This document shows, one piece after another, positions 1 through 11,115 of a stretch of 64,000 nucleotides of DNA (positions are counted from its first letter, which is position 1; the number at the start of each line of letters is the position of its first letter). Position numbers and translations under genes: made by a program. The notes beneath the pieces are model-generated. The model was not told the DNA's origin and did no database searches. It saw only the letters and a list, made by a program, of their open reading frames with translations. The stretch comes from an uncultured Methanosarcinaceae archaeon. GTDB taxonomy: Archaea > Halobacteriota > Methanosarcinia > Methanosarcinales > Methanosarcinaceae. The DNA lies in NCBI GenBank assembly GCA_963847185.1, contig CAWJYV010000007.1, positions 864,001-928,000 of the forward strand, read 5' to 3'.

Positions 1-1
1 A

Positions 2-232
2 AATTCAAAAAAGACCGTGTATATCGGAAACCCTATTGAAAGTTTTAATGAATATATGAAGTACAAGCCTTTCATAATTCCTGAAAAATTGAATACGGAT
101 GCCGCGAAAAAGATTGCTGAAGAAAGACTGAAGATAATGCGCCTTTACCTTGAAGCTCTTAACGTTGAGACTGGAATTGATGAGAAGGATCTCCAATTAT
201 CAGAGCCTATTAGCGCCAGAACTAATTTTTGA
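2..232 (+). CDS. 3' end of a probable HD-domain phosphohydrolase (gene starts upstream of the window)
   Basis: Frame open from position 2; C-terminal 'KLNTDAAKKIAEERLKIMRLYLEALNVE' resembles the terminal helix of YedJ/YpgQ-like HD proteins; the HD motif itself is outside the window. Confidence 0.55.
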   Translation, partial: NSKKTVYIGNPIESFNEYMKYKPFIIPEKLNTDAAKKIAEERLKIMRLYLEALNVETGIDEKDLQLSEPISARTNF

Positions 233-437
233 GTGTTCCCATACTTCATAATCTTTCTTTTATAGGCTTGTTTTTTCAGCTTTTATCCTTACTGAGATTT
301 TGCGCAATTCTCAGGTTTTAGCGCATTTCTCAGGACAACTTTTTTTAGGATAACCTCTTAGTTCCAGTTGAATCCAGTAAGTTTCTAATACGTTTCATTG
401 AATTAGTTTCGGTTGATTGTCTGACGGATATGATCAC

Positions 438-1739
438 ATGGCTGATATAATCATAAAAAATGCTCACGTTTTAACAATGGACCCGGAAGTCGGAGACCTT
501 AAAAAAGGGACCGTTGTAATTGAAGAAGGAAAGATCAGGGAAATTGTGGGAAAGACAAGCGAAAGCGCCGACATTGTTATTGATGCAAAGGGCTCTGTAG
601 TAATGCCAGGGCTTGTAAACACGCACACCCATGCAGCAATGACCCTTTTCCGCGGTTATGCCGACGATCTGCAGCTTGCAGAGTGGCTTCAGCAACATAT
701 CTGGCCTGCCGAAGCTCAGCTGACTGCAGGGGATGTCTATAAGGGGAGCCTGCTTGCCTGCCTGGAGATGATCAAGTCAGGAACCACTTCTTTTGCAGAT
801 ATGTACTTCTTTATGGACGAAACCGCAAAGGCGGTTGAAGCTTCCGGACTTCGGGCTTCTCTCTCCCATGGCCTTATAGAGCTCTGGAACAAAGAAAAGG
901 GAGAAACTGATCTTAAGGAAGGCAGGCGTTTTGTCAGGGCCTGGCAGGGGGCAGCAGATGGGAGAATTAAAACCATGTATGGGCCACATGCTCCTAACAC
1001 CTGTTCTGACGAGTTTTTTGCAAAGGTAAGAGAAGAAGCCAGCAATGACGGCGCAGGTATCCATCTTCACCTCCTGGAAACGGAAGCCGAACTGCTGGAA
1101 ATGAAAGAGAAGTACGGGAAATGTTCGGTACATATGCTGGAAGATATAGGATTTTTCGGCCCTGATGTCCTTGCCGCCCACTGTGTCTGGCTTTCGGACG
1201 GGGACATAGAGATACTGAGAAAAAGAGGCGTTAACGTTTCCCATAACGTCGTAAGCAATATGAAATTGGCTTCCGGAATTGCACCTGTGCATAAAATGCT
1301 TGAAAAAGGAATAAATGTCAGCCTTGGAACCGACGGCTGCGCTTCAAACAATAACCTTGATCTCTTTGAGGAGATGAAAACAGCTGCCCTCCTGCATAAA
1401 GTAAATACTTTCAATCCTACTGCCCTTCCTGCCAGGCAGGTTCTTGAGATGGGCACGGTAAATGGGGCAAAAGCTCTTGACCCTGAAACAGGTATGTTAA
1501 AAGCAGGAAAGAAGGCAGACCTGATTATAGTAGACATGAAAAAACCGCATCTTACTCCCTGCTTTGATGTCCCGTCTCATCTTGTGTACTCAGCCAGAGG
1601 AAGCGATGTCAGGACAACAATCGTAAACGGAAAGGTCCTCATGGATGATTACAGGATTATGGTGCTGGATGAGCAAAAAGTAGTGGAAGACGCTCAAAAA
1701 GCTGCAGAAGAACTTGTAGCAAGGGTAAAAACAGCCTGA
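438..1739 (+). CDS. dadD: 5'-deoxyadenosine/5'-methylthioadenosine/S-adenosylhomocysteine deaminase (amidohydrolase superfamily)
   Basis: Motifs PGLVNTHTH, HLHLLET, AAHCV, SNMKLASG, LGTDGCASNN; adjacent to ahcY; ATG at 438 preferred to TTG at 417. Confidence 0.85.
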   Translation: MADIIIKNAHVLTMDPEVGDLKKGTVVIEEGKIREIVGKTSESADIVIDAKGSVVMPGLVNTHTHAAMTLFRGYADDLQLAEWLQQHIWPAEAQLTAGDVYKGSLLACLEMIKSGTTSFADMYFFMDETAKAVEASGLRASLSHGLIELWNKEKGETDLKEGRRFVRAWQGAADGRIKTMYGPHAPNTCSDEFFAKVREEASNDGAGIHLHLLETEAELLEMKEKYGKCSVHMLEDIGFFGPDVLAAHCVWLSDGDIEILRKRGVNVSHNVVSNMKLASGIAPVHKMLEKGINVSLGTDGCASNNNLDLFEEMKTAALLHKVNTFNPTALPARQVLEMGTVNGAKALDPETGMLKAGKKADLIIVDMKKPHLTPCFDVPSHLVYSARGSDVRTTIVNGKVLMDDYRIMVLDEQKVVEDAQKAAEELVARVKTA

Positions 1740-1954
1740 AAAGCCCATATATAGAGAGAGTAGATTATTTATAAGTAAATTAATAAGTAAATTATATACA
1801 AGCTATAGTGTTTTAAAGCATATTAAATAGCACACGGGAGAAATAACTAGCTGGAATCCTTATAATATGGGCAATCTTATTTGCCCTGTATTTCTTTCTG
1901 TGCTTAGTCATCAAAATCGAATTCAATCGTCTATGTGATAATTACGTGATCATC

Positions 1955-3190
1955 ATGACAGAAAAAGAACTCATAGAATCCGGAAACATGAAAATGGAAT
2001 GGGCAAGAAACCATATGCCTGTGATTGCAATTGTCAGGGAAATGTTTGAGAAGGAAAAACCCCTGAAAGGGCTGAAAATAGGAATGGCCCTCCATGTAGA
2101 AGCAAAAACTGCAGTCCTTGTGGAAACTCTGGCTGCAGGCGGCGCACAGGTAACCATCTCTGGCTGCAATCCCCTGAGTACTCAGGATGATGTGGCAACT
2201 GCTCTTGATACCAGGGATAATATAAGCTGTTTTGCAAAATACGGATGCTGCACCAGTGAATATTATGAAGCGATCGACAAAGTCCTTGATATCGAACCTG
2301 ATATCACAATCGATGATGGGGCAGACCTGATTTTTAAGCTTCACAAAGAAAGAACCGAGCTTCTTCCGAAGATTCTGGGCGGCTGCGAGGAAACAACTAC
2401 AGGAGTCCACAGGCTTCATGCCATGGAAAAGGACGGAGCTCTAAAGATGCCTGTAATTGCAGTAAACGATGCCATGACCAAATATCTCTTCGACAACCGC
2501 TATGGGACAGGACAGTCAGCCTGGGACGGAATTAACAGGACTACAAATCTTCTTGTAGCAGGCAAAAACGTTGTTGTTGCAGGCTACGGCTGGTGCGGTC
2601 GCGGGGTTGCAATGCGGGCTTCTGGTCTTGGTGCAAACGTAATCGTTACTGAGATAGATCCTATCCGAGCTCTTGAAGCCAGAATGGACGGATACAGAGT
2701 CATGAAAATGGCTGAAGCTGCAAAATTAGGAGATATCTTTGTAACTGCTACTGGAAACCGTGATATTCTTACAGCCGAACATTTCCAGTTAATGCCTGAC
2801 GGAGCGATTCTTGCAAATTCAGGACACTTCAACGTTGAAATCGATATGGAAGCCCTTTCTTCCCTTGCAAAATCAGTCCGAACTGTCAGAAACAATATCA
2901 TGGAATATGATCTGGGAAACAGGCGCATTAATGTCATAGCTGAAGGCAGGCTTGTTAACCTGGCTGCAGGCGATGGCCACCCTGCCGAGGTCATGGATAT
3001 GAGTTTTGCAAACCAGGCTCTTTGTGTACGCCACATTGCAGAAAACAAGCTTCCTAATGGAGTCCACAAGGTTCCCCAGGAACTGGATACTTTTGTGGCA
3101 AAAATGAAACTTGAATCAATGGGTATAGACATTGATGAACTCACTCCCACACAGGAATGCTACATGACCGGCTGGGAATGCGGGACGTAA
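1955..3190 (+). CDS. ahcY: Adenosylhomocysteinase / S-inosylhomocysteine hydrolase
   Basis: Motifs ALHVEAKT, CNPLSTQD, DDGAD, EETTTGV, KYLFDNRYGTG, GYGWCGRG, GRLVNLAAGDGHP. Confidence 0.95.
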   Translation: MTEKELIESGNMKMEWARNHMPVIAIVREMFEKEKPLKGLKIGMALHVEAKTAVLVETLAAGGAQVTISGCNPLSTQDDVATALDTRDNISCFAKYGCCTSEYYEAIDKVLDIEPDITIDDGADLIFKLHKERTELLPKILGGCEETTTGVHRLHAMEKDGALKMPVIAVNDAMTKYLFDNRYGTGQSAWDGINRTTNLLVAGKNVVVAGYGWCGRGVAMRASGLGANVIVTEIDPIRALEARMDGYRVMKMAEAAKLGDIFVTATGNRDILTAEHFQLMPDGAILANSGHFNVEIDMEALSSLAKSVRTVRNNIMEYDLGNRRINVIAEGRLVNLAAGDGHPAEVMDMSFANQALCVRHIAENKLPNGVHKVPQELDTFVAKMKLESMGIDIDELTPTQECYMTGWECGT

Positions 3191-3238
3191 AAAACCGGTC
3201 AAAATCGCTATCAAAGGAGAAGGTTATCTCTCAGCAAT

Positions 3239-3380
3239 TTTAAACATTCGAGCGTTTAAACATTTGAGCGTTTAAACATTTGAGCGTTTAAACATTTAAG
3301 CACTTAAACATTTGAGCATTTAAACTTGTGAGCGTAAACATTTGAGCATTTAAACTTGTGAGCGCTTAAACATTTAGGCG
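3239..3380. repeat. Imperfect 16-bp tandem repeat, consensus TTTAAACATTTGAGCG, about 9 copies
   Basis: Directly visible head-to-tail units with no unique spacers. Confidence 0.9.
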
Positions 3381-3758
3381 CTTTTAGTGCGGTAAATATG
3401 ACTAAGTCTCCATCTCTGGAAAAATGACATATTTACTGCACTTTAATTATAATCTTAGATTCAGAATAACTACTTATTAATACTTCAATAAATATTCCTA
3501 AGTAGTAATCTTCATAAATATCGTTTCCATAATTTAGTAATACTTTTAAGAAAAACAAAAATCTGGTATCCTGGAAGAAGAATTTAAATTATAGATAAAT
3601 TTTCTGTGCTTTTTTAAATGTATCTGAAACCATTTTTACCTAGGGAAATTTAAGTAAAACTATAGACATAAGAACCTAGTATACTCTTTAATTCTAATCA
3701 TAATTCATTACAGAATCTGTTTTAGGATAATCTTAGAATAATCTCCAGAAGGCGTGGA

Positions 3759-6700
3759 ATGAGAGAAAAGTTAAGAAATTCTGGTATTGATATTATTGGA
3801 GACGTACCCTGGGGAACACACATCTGCCAGTTCTACCAAACAAAAGAAGATTTATTTGATATACTTATTCCTTATTTTAAGGCAGGGCTGGAAAACAATG
3901 AGTTTTGCCTCTGGGTCACATCACAACCTCTGGAAATAAAAGAGTCAAAAGAAGCTCTAAGGAAGGCTGTTCCTGATCTTGATTTTTATCTGGAGAAAGG
4001 GCAAATAGAAATTATCTCCTATGCTGATTATTACCTAAAAGACGGTATTTTTGACTTAATCGGAGCCTTAAATGGCTGGACTAAAAAAATAAACCATGTC
4101 CTGGCAAATGGATACAATGGCTTGAGGTCGAGCGGGAATAGTTCCTGGCTGGAGAAAAAGGACCGGAGCAGTTTCACTGATTATGAAGGAAAAGTAGACA
4201 GTACTGTCAGTAACTACCCGACGATAGCTCTCTGTACTTATTCTCTTGATGAACTGGATGCAACCGAGATTATTGATGTTGTTGTCAACCATCAATTCTC
4301 TCTAGTTAAACGAGAAGGAAAATGGGAGCGGATAGAAAGTCCCAGACGCAAGAAAGTAGAAGAAGCGGCTGTTCAAGCCACAAAAAATTGGGAATACACA
4401 TTTGACGCTGTACCTGACCTGATAGCCATACTTGATACTGAATTCAGGGTTGTCCGTGCAAACAGGGCAATGGCAGCAAGATTGGGAGTTACACCTGAAG
4501 AGTGTACAGGGCTAACCTGTTACCATGCTATCCATGGAGCAGATAAGCCTCCTTCTTTTTGCCCGCATCTGCAATTGCTTGAGGATGGGCTTGAACATAC
4601 CACCGAAGTTCTCGAAGATAATCTTGGTGGCGATTTCTTAGTAAGCGCCTCGCCACTTCATGATTCTAAGGGACAACTGATAGGATGTATTCATGTTGCG
4701 CGTGATATCACGGAACGCAAGCAGGCTGAGAAGGCACTGCGCATGGGAGAGGAATTGTTGCGTTTCGCGCTTGAAATCAGCCACACCGGTGCATGGGACC
4801 TCGACCTTGCGGATCATACTGCATATCGATCACTGGAGCACGACCATATCTTCGGTTACGAGCAACTGCTCCCGCAGTGGACCTACGAGATGTTTCTCGA
4901 TCATGTACTGCCTGAGGACCGCTCGATGGTGGAAGCGAAATTCCATGAAGCTACGGCCACGTGCAGTGATTGGAATTTCGAATGCCGCATCCGACGCGTG
5001 GATGGTGCTGTTAGGTGGATTTGGGCTGCAGGGCGGCACCATATGGCCGCCAGCGGAAACTTGAGCAGGATGAGGGGTATCGTCCAGGACATTACTGAAC
5101 GTAAACTGGTAGAAGAGGCATTGCGAGAGAATGAAACGCGGTTGAAGGTCATCATTGCAAACTCTCCTGATATAATCTTTGAGCAAGACCGTAATCTACG
5201 GTATACCTGGGTATTCAATCCGGCACCCCCATTATCTGTATCTGATGTACTGGGCAAAACCGATGAAGAATTGATGCCTCCAGACCAGGCAAAGTTACTT
5301 ACATCTATAAAGCGCCGGGTACTCGAGATAGGCGTTCGCGAGCACGCTGTCCTGATGTTGACCCCTGGAGGCGAATCACAATGGTTTGAAGCAATCTACG
5401 AACCCCGGTATGACGAGACCGGAAACGTCATGGGCATACTTTCTTACATCCGTAATATTTCAGAGCGCAAGCAGCTGGAAGAACAAACCCGACAGCGAGC
5501 CGAAGAAATTGAAACAATAATGGAGGTGGCGCCTGTTGCCATTTGGATAGGCCACGACCCGCAGTGTCACAATATTACCGGCAACCGGACAGCTAACGAA
5601 TTTTATGAAGCAAAAATCGGAGAAAATGTCTCGCCGAATGTTACACCTGTACGGCGCCTCTTCCGGAAAGGCATCGAGTTAGTTGCAGAAGAATTGCCCA
5701 TGCAGCAGTCTGCCTTGAAAGATGTCGATGTGCGGAATGTGGAAATAGATGTATTGTTGCCGAGTGGAGAATTTCGGGGACTTCTGGGATCAGCCAGCCC
5801 ACTGCATGATGCAGATGGTCGTGTGCGCGGGAGTGTCGGCGCATTTATCGATATCACTGAGCGCAAGAAGGCAGAGGAAGCTCTGCGCGAGAGCGAGGAG
5901 AAGTACCGAAATTTCATAGAGACAGCTATCGAAGGTATATTGATAGTTGACCCTGAAGCCAGGATTACTTACTCTAATGAAAAAATGGCGGAGATGCTGG
6001 GGTATACTCAGGACGAGATACTTGGCAGGTTTGCATGGGATTTTGCTGACCATGAGGATAAATCCATCATCAAACTGAATCTGGAAAAGAGGCGTCAGGG
6101 TATTAATGAGATTTATGAACTAAAACTAATACGCAAGGATGGATCCCTGTTCTGGGGACTTGTTAGTGCTAAACCCCTTTTTGATAAGGCCGGAAATTTT
6201 ACAGGTTCTATGGCTATGCTCACTGACATAACCAAGTGGAAAGAAGCAGAAACCAGACTTAAAGAGACTCTCGACAATCTGGAGAACTTGGTTAAAGAGC
6301 GTACAGCAGAGCTTGAGATGGCTTATAAATCTTTGAAAGAAAGCGAAAAGGGCCTTGCTGAAGCTCAAAAAATGGCTCATATCGGAAACTGGGAATGGGA
6401 TATTGCATCTGATAAAGCATACTGGTCGGAAGAAATGTATCGTATTTTCAAACGTGATCCTCAAAAATTGGCACCATCTTTAGATGAATATTTAAGTTAT
6501 ATTCACCCCGACGACGTGGAATACTACAGTAAAGTCAATGATTATACCAGAAAAGTACGTACTTCTGGACTTGATTTTAGAATTGTTTTAGCTAATGGGG
6601 AAGAGCGTACACTCCACATAAAATCAGATTTTATTTATAATGATGAAAATACCCCTATTCGAGTAAAAGGAATAGTTCAAGATATTACCGAGCGTGAGAG

Positions 6701-7793
6701 CGCTAAACAAGAGCTCGAATTGAGCGAAGAGAGATACCGCATAATAACAGAGCAGACAGGGCAGCTTGTATATGATTACGATCCTGAGAAAAACACTGCT
6801 GACTGGGCTGGCAATGTCGAAGAGCTTACTGGATTTACTCCAGAAGAATTTAAAAGCATGAGCCTGAAGTTCTGGCTTTCTCGTATTCATCCGGAAGATC
6901 TGAGTACATACCTGGAAATATATGATAGGTACATGAAATCCGGAGATGCTTACAGGACAGAATACCGATTTAGAAAAAAGGATGGAGAATACATCTATAT
7001 TGAAGATAACGGGATCTGCCTGAGGGACAAAAAAAGTAATGTACACAGAATTCTTGGGGTAATTAAAAATATTACGGAAAGAAAAAAGGCAGAGATTTTC
7101 CTTGCGAATATCGAAACTGCCCGTAAAAAGGAAATTCACCACAGAATTAAGAACAATCTGCAGGTAATCTCTTCTCTTCTTGACCTCCAGGCTGAAAAAT
7201 TTAGAGGCAAAGAGTGCGTTGAGGATTTGGAGGTTCTGAAAGCTTTCAGAGAAAGTCAGGACAGAGTAATGTCTATTGCCCTGATTCATGAAGAACTGCA
7301 CGAAGGCAGAGGAACCAATAAACTGAATATCTCCCCATACCTGGAGAGGCTTGTTAAGAACCTTTTCCAGACTTACCGGCTTGGAAATGCCGGTACGAGT
7401 TTAAATATAGAACTTGAGGAAAACATCTTTTTCGATATGGACGCTGCAGTTCCATTGGGGATAATTATTAACGAACTTGTTTCAAATGCCCTCAAGTACG
7501 CATTTGCAGGTAAGGATAAAGGGTTAATCGAAATCAAACTCTTCAGGGAAGAGTCCGCAGAATATACGGATAATGGACCTGTAAGCGAAAGAGAAGAGAA
7601 TGTTACTAGTTTTGTATTAACAGTTTCGGATAACGGCGTGGGGATGCCTCAAGATTTTAGTTTGAATAAATCTGGAACTCTTGGTCTACAGTTAGTGGCG
7701 ATCCTGGCAGACCAGTTAGGGGGCGAACTTAAATTAGAAAAGAATCACGGAACTAAATTTATAATAAAGTTCGCAATACCGGAGAATAAATGA
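3759..7793 (+). CDS. Cytoplasmic sensor histidine kinase: MEDS + multiple PAS + HisKA_2/HATPase
   Basis: N-terminal MEDS 'LRNSGIDIIGDVPWGTHICQFY'; repeated PAS/PAC ends 'DITERK'; H-box 'KEIHHRIKNNLQVISSLL'; N-box 'NELVSNALKYAF'; 'DNGVG', 'GTLGLQLV'. Confidence 0.93.
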   Translation: MREKLRNSGIDIIGDVPWGTHICQFYQTKEDLFDILIPYFKAGLENNEFCLWVTSQPLEIKESKEALRKAVPDLDFYLEKGQIEIISYADYYLKDGIFDLIGALNGWTKKINHVLANGYNGLRSSGNSSWLEKKDRSSFTDYEGKVDSTVSNYPTIALCTYSLDELDATEIIDVVVNHQFSLVKREGKWERIESPRRKKVEEAAVQATKNWEYTFDAVPDLIAILDTEFRVVRANRAMAARLGVTPEECTGLTCYHAIHGADKPPSFCPHLQLLEDGLEHTTEVLEDNLGGDFLVSASPLHDSKGQLIGCIHVARDITERKQAEKALRMGEELLRFALEISHTGAWDLDLADHTAYRSLEHDHIFGYEQLLPQWTYEMFLDHVLPEDRSMVEAKFHEATATCSDWNFECRIRRVDGAVRWIWAAGRHHMAASGNLSRMRGIVQDITERKLVEEALRENETRLKVIIANSPDIIFEQDRNLRYTWVFNPAPPLSVSDVLGKTDEELMPPDQAKLLTSIKRRVLEIGVREHAVLMLTPGGESQWFEAIYEPRYDETGNVMGILSYIRNISERKQLEEQTRQRAEEIETIMEVAPVAIWIGHDPQCHNITGNRTANEFYEAKIGENVSPNVTPVRRLFRKGIELVAEELPMQQSALKDVDVRNVEIDVLLPSGEFRGLLGSASPLHDADGRVRGSVGAFIDITERKKAEEALRESEEKYRNFIETAIEGILIVDPEARITYSNEKMAEMLGYTQDEILGRFAWDFADHEDKSIIKLNLEKRRQGINEIYELKLIRKDGSLFWGLVSAKPLFDKAGNFTGSMAMLTDITKWKEAETRLKETLDNLENLVKERTAELEMAYKSLKESEKGLAEAQKMAHIGNWEWDIASDKAYWSEEMYRIFKRDPQKLAPSLDEYLSYIHPDDVEYYSKVNDYTRKVRTSGLDFRIVLANGEERTLHIKSDFIYNDENTPIRVKGIVQDITERESAKQELELSEERYRIITEQTGQLVYDYDPEKNTADWAGNVEELTGFTPEEFKSMSLKFWLSRIHPEDLSTYLEIYDRYMKSGDAYRTEYRFRKKDGEYIYIEDNGICLRDKKSNVHRILGVIKNITERKKAEIFLANIETARKKEIHHRIKNNLQVISSLLDLQAEKFRGKECVEDLEVLKAFRESQDRVMSIALIHEELHEGRGTNKLNISPYLERLVKNLFQTYRLGNAGTSLNIELEENIFFDMDAAVPLGIIINELVSNALKYAFAGKDKGLIEIKLFREESAEYTDNGPVSEREENVTSFVLTVSDNGVGMPQDFSLNKSGTLGLQLVAILADQLGGELKLEKNHGTKFIIKFAIPENK

Positions 7794-7937
7794 GAATCCT
7801 CTCTGGACTTTCGGTGCTTTTATATTTCTATACATCCAGTTCTAAGAAAAACTACAGAGCTATATTTAATTCTGGCTACTATTTGCTTCAAGACCCGCTT
7901 TAAGAATAATATTGGAATATGTTCAAGATGGTGCGGA

Positions 7938-10900
7938 ATGAGAGAACAACTAAGAAAATCCGGCATTGATATTATCGAAGATATGCCCTTGGGAACTTAT
8001 ATCTGTCAATTATACCACACAAAAGAGGATTTAATTGACATACTTATTCCTTATTTTAAGGCAGGGCTGGAAAATAATGAGTTTTGTATGTGGGTCACAT
8101 CACAACCTTTAGAAGTTATAGGTGCAAAAGGCGTTTTGAGGGAGTATATTCCTGACCTTGATATTTATTTGGAGAAAGGGCAAATAGAAATCATTCCTTA
8201 TACTGACTGGTATTTTAAAAACGGCGCTTTCGATTCAGAGACTGCTTTAAATAAATGGATAAAAATACTAGATCAAGCCCTTCAAGGTGGATACGATGGC
8301 TTGAGATCGAGTGAAAATATTTCCTGGGCGGGAATAACAGACTGGAGTAGTTTCGTTGATTATGAAAGAGAAGTAAATACCATTCTTGGCAACTACCAGA
8401 CAATAGCCCTATATACTTATTCTCTCGAGGGATTCAATGCAGCCGAGATAATTGATGTTGTTGTCAATCAGCAGTTTTCTTTGATCAAAAGAGAAAGAAA
8501 ATGGGAGCGGATTGAAAAATCTGGGCGGAAAGATATCGTCGAGCGTAAGCAGGTAGTTAAGATACAGCAACAGAGTGAGCAATGTCCCAGGCTAAAATTG
8601 GAAAATGGTCTCTTATCTCCTCGAAAGATAACTGATTTGGAGCTTTCAGAGATTATTGATGTCCAGGCCATACAGCCTTTAATGGATGATTTCTATAAAC
8701 TTACTCACATCCCTATGGGCTTAAACGATCTCAAAGGAAATGTTCTGGTAGGTGTAGGATGGCAGGATATCTGTACCAAATTCCATAGAGTTCATCCCGA
8801 AACCTACAAGCATTGCGTAGAGAGCAACATAAAGTCTATCCTTGGGCGTTACCCCTGGGGAGTATAAGCTGTACAAATGCAAAAACAACATGTGGGAAGT
8901 GGTGACTCCTATCGTGGTTGAAGGCCAGCCTGTCGGCTATGTCTTCGCAGGACAGTTCTTTTTTGAAAACGAGCCTCTGGGCTATGAGCTTTTCAGATCC
9001 CAGGCCAGAAAATATGGCTTTGATGAGGAAGAATATATAGCAGCGCTTGAAAAAGTTCCACGGTTGAGCAGGGAGGCTGTGGACACAGGCATGGCCTTTC
9101 TCATGACGTTTGCCAGCATGATCTCACAGCTAAGCTACAGCAATATTAAGCTAGTCCAATCACTGGAGGAACGCGGTTCTCTGGTGGACGCGCTCCGTGA
9201 GAGCGAAGAGAGATTTCGGGCGGTCCTTGAGAACTCACTCGATGTGGCTTACCGGCGAAACCTTCAGACCGATTGCTATGATTATATGAGCCCGGTGGTA
9301 GAGCAGGTTACTGGTTTCTCTGCCCAGGAAATGAATTCGATGAAAATTGATGAAATTCTTGATCGCATTCATGCCGATGATCGCTCGCTTGTTGCTACGG
9401 AACTGACCCAGGCATTAGATGCAGACAGCGGAAACCTCGAATACCGGTTCAAGTGCAAGGACGGTCAGTATCGCTGGTTCGCCGATCGCTTCAGGGTTAT
9501 TAAGGATCAAAATGGCAAGCTTCTCTTCAGCGGAGGTGTCGTCCGTGACATTACTGATACTAAGGTAGCAGAAGCTAAAATAAAGGAAACACTCGATAAT
9601 TTAGAAAGCTCAGTTAGAGAGCGTACTGCAGAACTCCAGAAAGCCTACAATTCATTGAAGGATAGTGAAAAAAGTCTTGCCGAAGCTCAAAGAATGTCCC
9701 ACATTGGAAATTGGGATTGGAACATTGCAGCTGGCAAAATATATTGGTCTGATGAACTTTATCGCATTTTCGGACTTAATCCTCAGAAATCAGGAGTGCG
9801 TTATAATGAATTCTTAAACTATGTACATCCCGATGATCTAGATCACGTCAATAATGCTGTTAATAAAGGCATGGACGAAAAATTTTGCAGTATTGATTTT
9901 AGAATAATTTCAGCTGGCGGGGCAGAGCGTATAGTCCATGCGTTAAATGAAGTTATTTTTAATGGGGAAAATATCCCTGTTCGAGTGAGAGGAATAGTTC
10001 AGGATATTACAGAAAGGAAGATTGCTGAGCAGAAGCTACAGCAGAGCGAAGCAAAATACCGCTCATTCATAGAAAACTTTAAAGGAATTGCTTTTGAGGC
10101 AGACGAGAATTTCTTTCCCTTATTCTTGCATGGGACTGTCGAAGAAATTATGGGGTACAGTGAAGAAGAGTTCATATCAAAGCGGCCCTGGAAGGAAATT
10201 ATTCATCCCGATGATTTCCCTACTGTGTATGAAGAATCGAAAAAAGTCAAGTACTCTCAGAATCCCTGCTCTGGAGAGATTGACTTCCGGATAATTCACA
10301 GAAACGGAAAAATAAAATGGGTGCATGAAATCTACCAGAAGATCCCTGGAAAAAACGGAATTCCAGATCGGTATCAGGGAGCGATATACGACATTACCGA
10401 AAGAAAAGAAGCAGAAGAAGCTCTTGCAAATCTCGAAACTGCCCGACAGAAAGAAATTCATCACAGGATCAAAAATAATCTGCAGGTTATCTCCTCTCTT
10501 CTGGATCTTGAGGCTGAAAAATTCAAAAACAGGAGATATATAGAGAGTTCAGAAGTTCTTGAAGCTTTCATGGAAAGTCAGGATAGAGTGGTGTCAATTT
10601 CTCTGATCCATGAGGAACTTCATAAAGGAGATGAAACTTACACTCTGAATTTCTCTCAGTACCTTGGGAGACTCGTTGAGAATCTTTTTCATACTTACAG
10701 ATTTGGAAACACCAATATCAGCTTAAATATGGATCTGGAAGAAGACATTTTCTTTGATATGGATATTGCAGTTCCACTAGGAATTATCGTTAATGAACTT
10801 GTATCTAATTCCTTCAAACATGCATTTCCAGGTACAGAGGAAGGGATAATCAATATCAAGCTTCTCAAAGACGAAAAAAGAGAACACATGAATGAGGAAT

Positions 10901-11115
10901 TAAAAAGAGAAACTAACATCCTTGAAAGCAACAATTTTATATTAACAGTGTCGGATAATGGAGTGGGTATACCTGAGAGTTTTGATCCGGAAAATTCTGA
11001 TACCCTGGGCATACAACTGATAACAACTCTTGTGGGCCAGTTAGATGGTGATTTTGAGTTAAAAAGAGATCCTGGGGCCGAATTTGTTATACGGTTCAGG
11101 GTAAGAGAAAAGTAA
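7938..11115 (+). pseudogene. Frameshifted MEDS-PocR-PAS-HisKA_2 sensor kinase (ORFs 7938..8867 and 8842..11115)
   Basis: PocR-type motif 'GWQDICTKFHRVHPET..CVES..GEYKLYKCKNNMW' is split over two frames; removing T8835 restores ...CVESNIKLSLGVTPGEYK...; H-box KEIHHRIKNNLQ in the second part. Confidence 0.85.

Noticed and set aside
3239-3380. Possible CRISPR array
   Set aside because: 16-bp units are head-to-tail with no unique spacers; no cas genes in the window
8825-8867. Programmed ribosomal frameshift in the PocR kinase
   Set aside because: No X XXY YYZ slippery site or obvious stimulatory structure; a single-base insertion explains it
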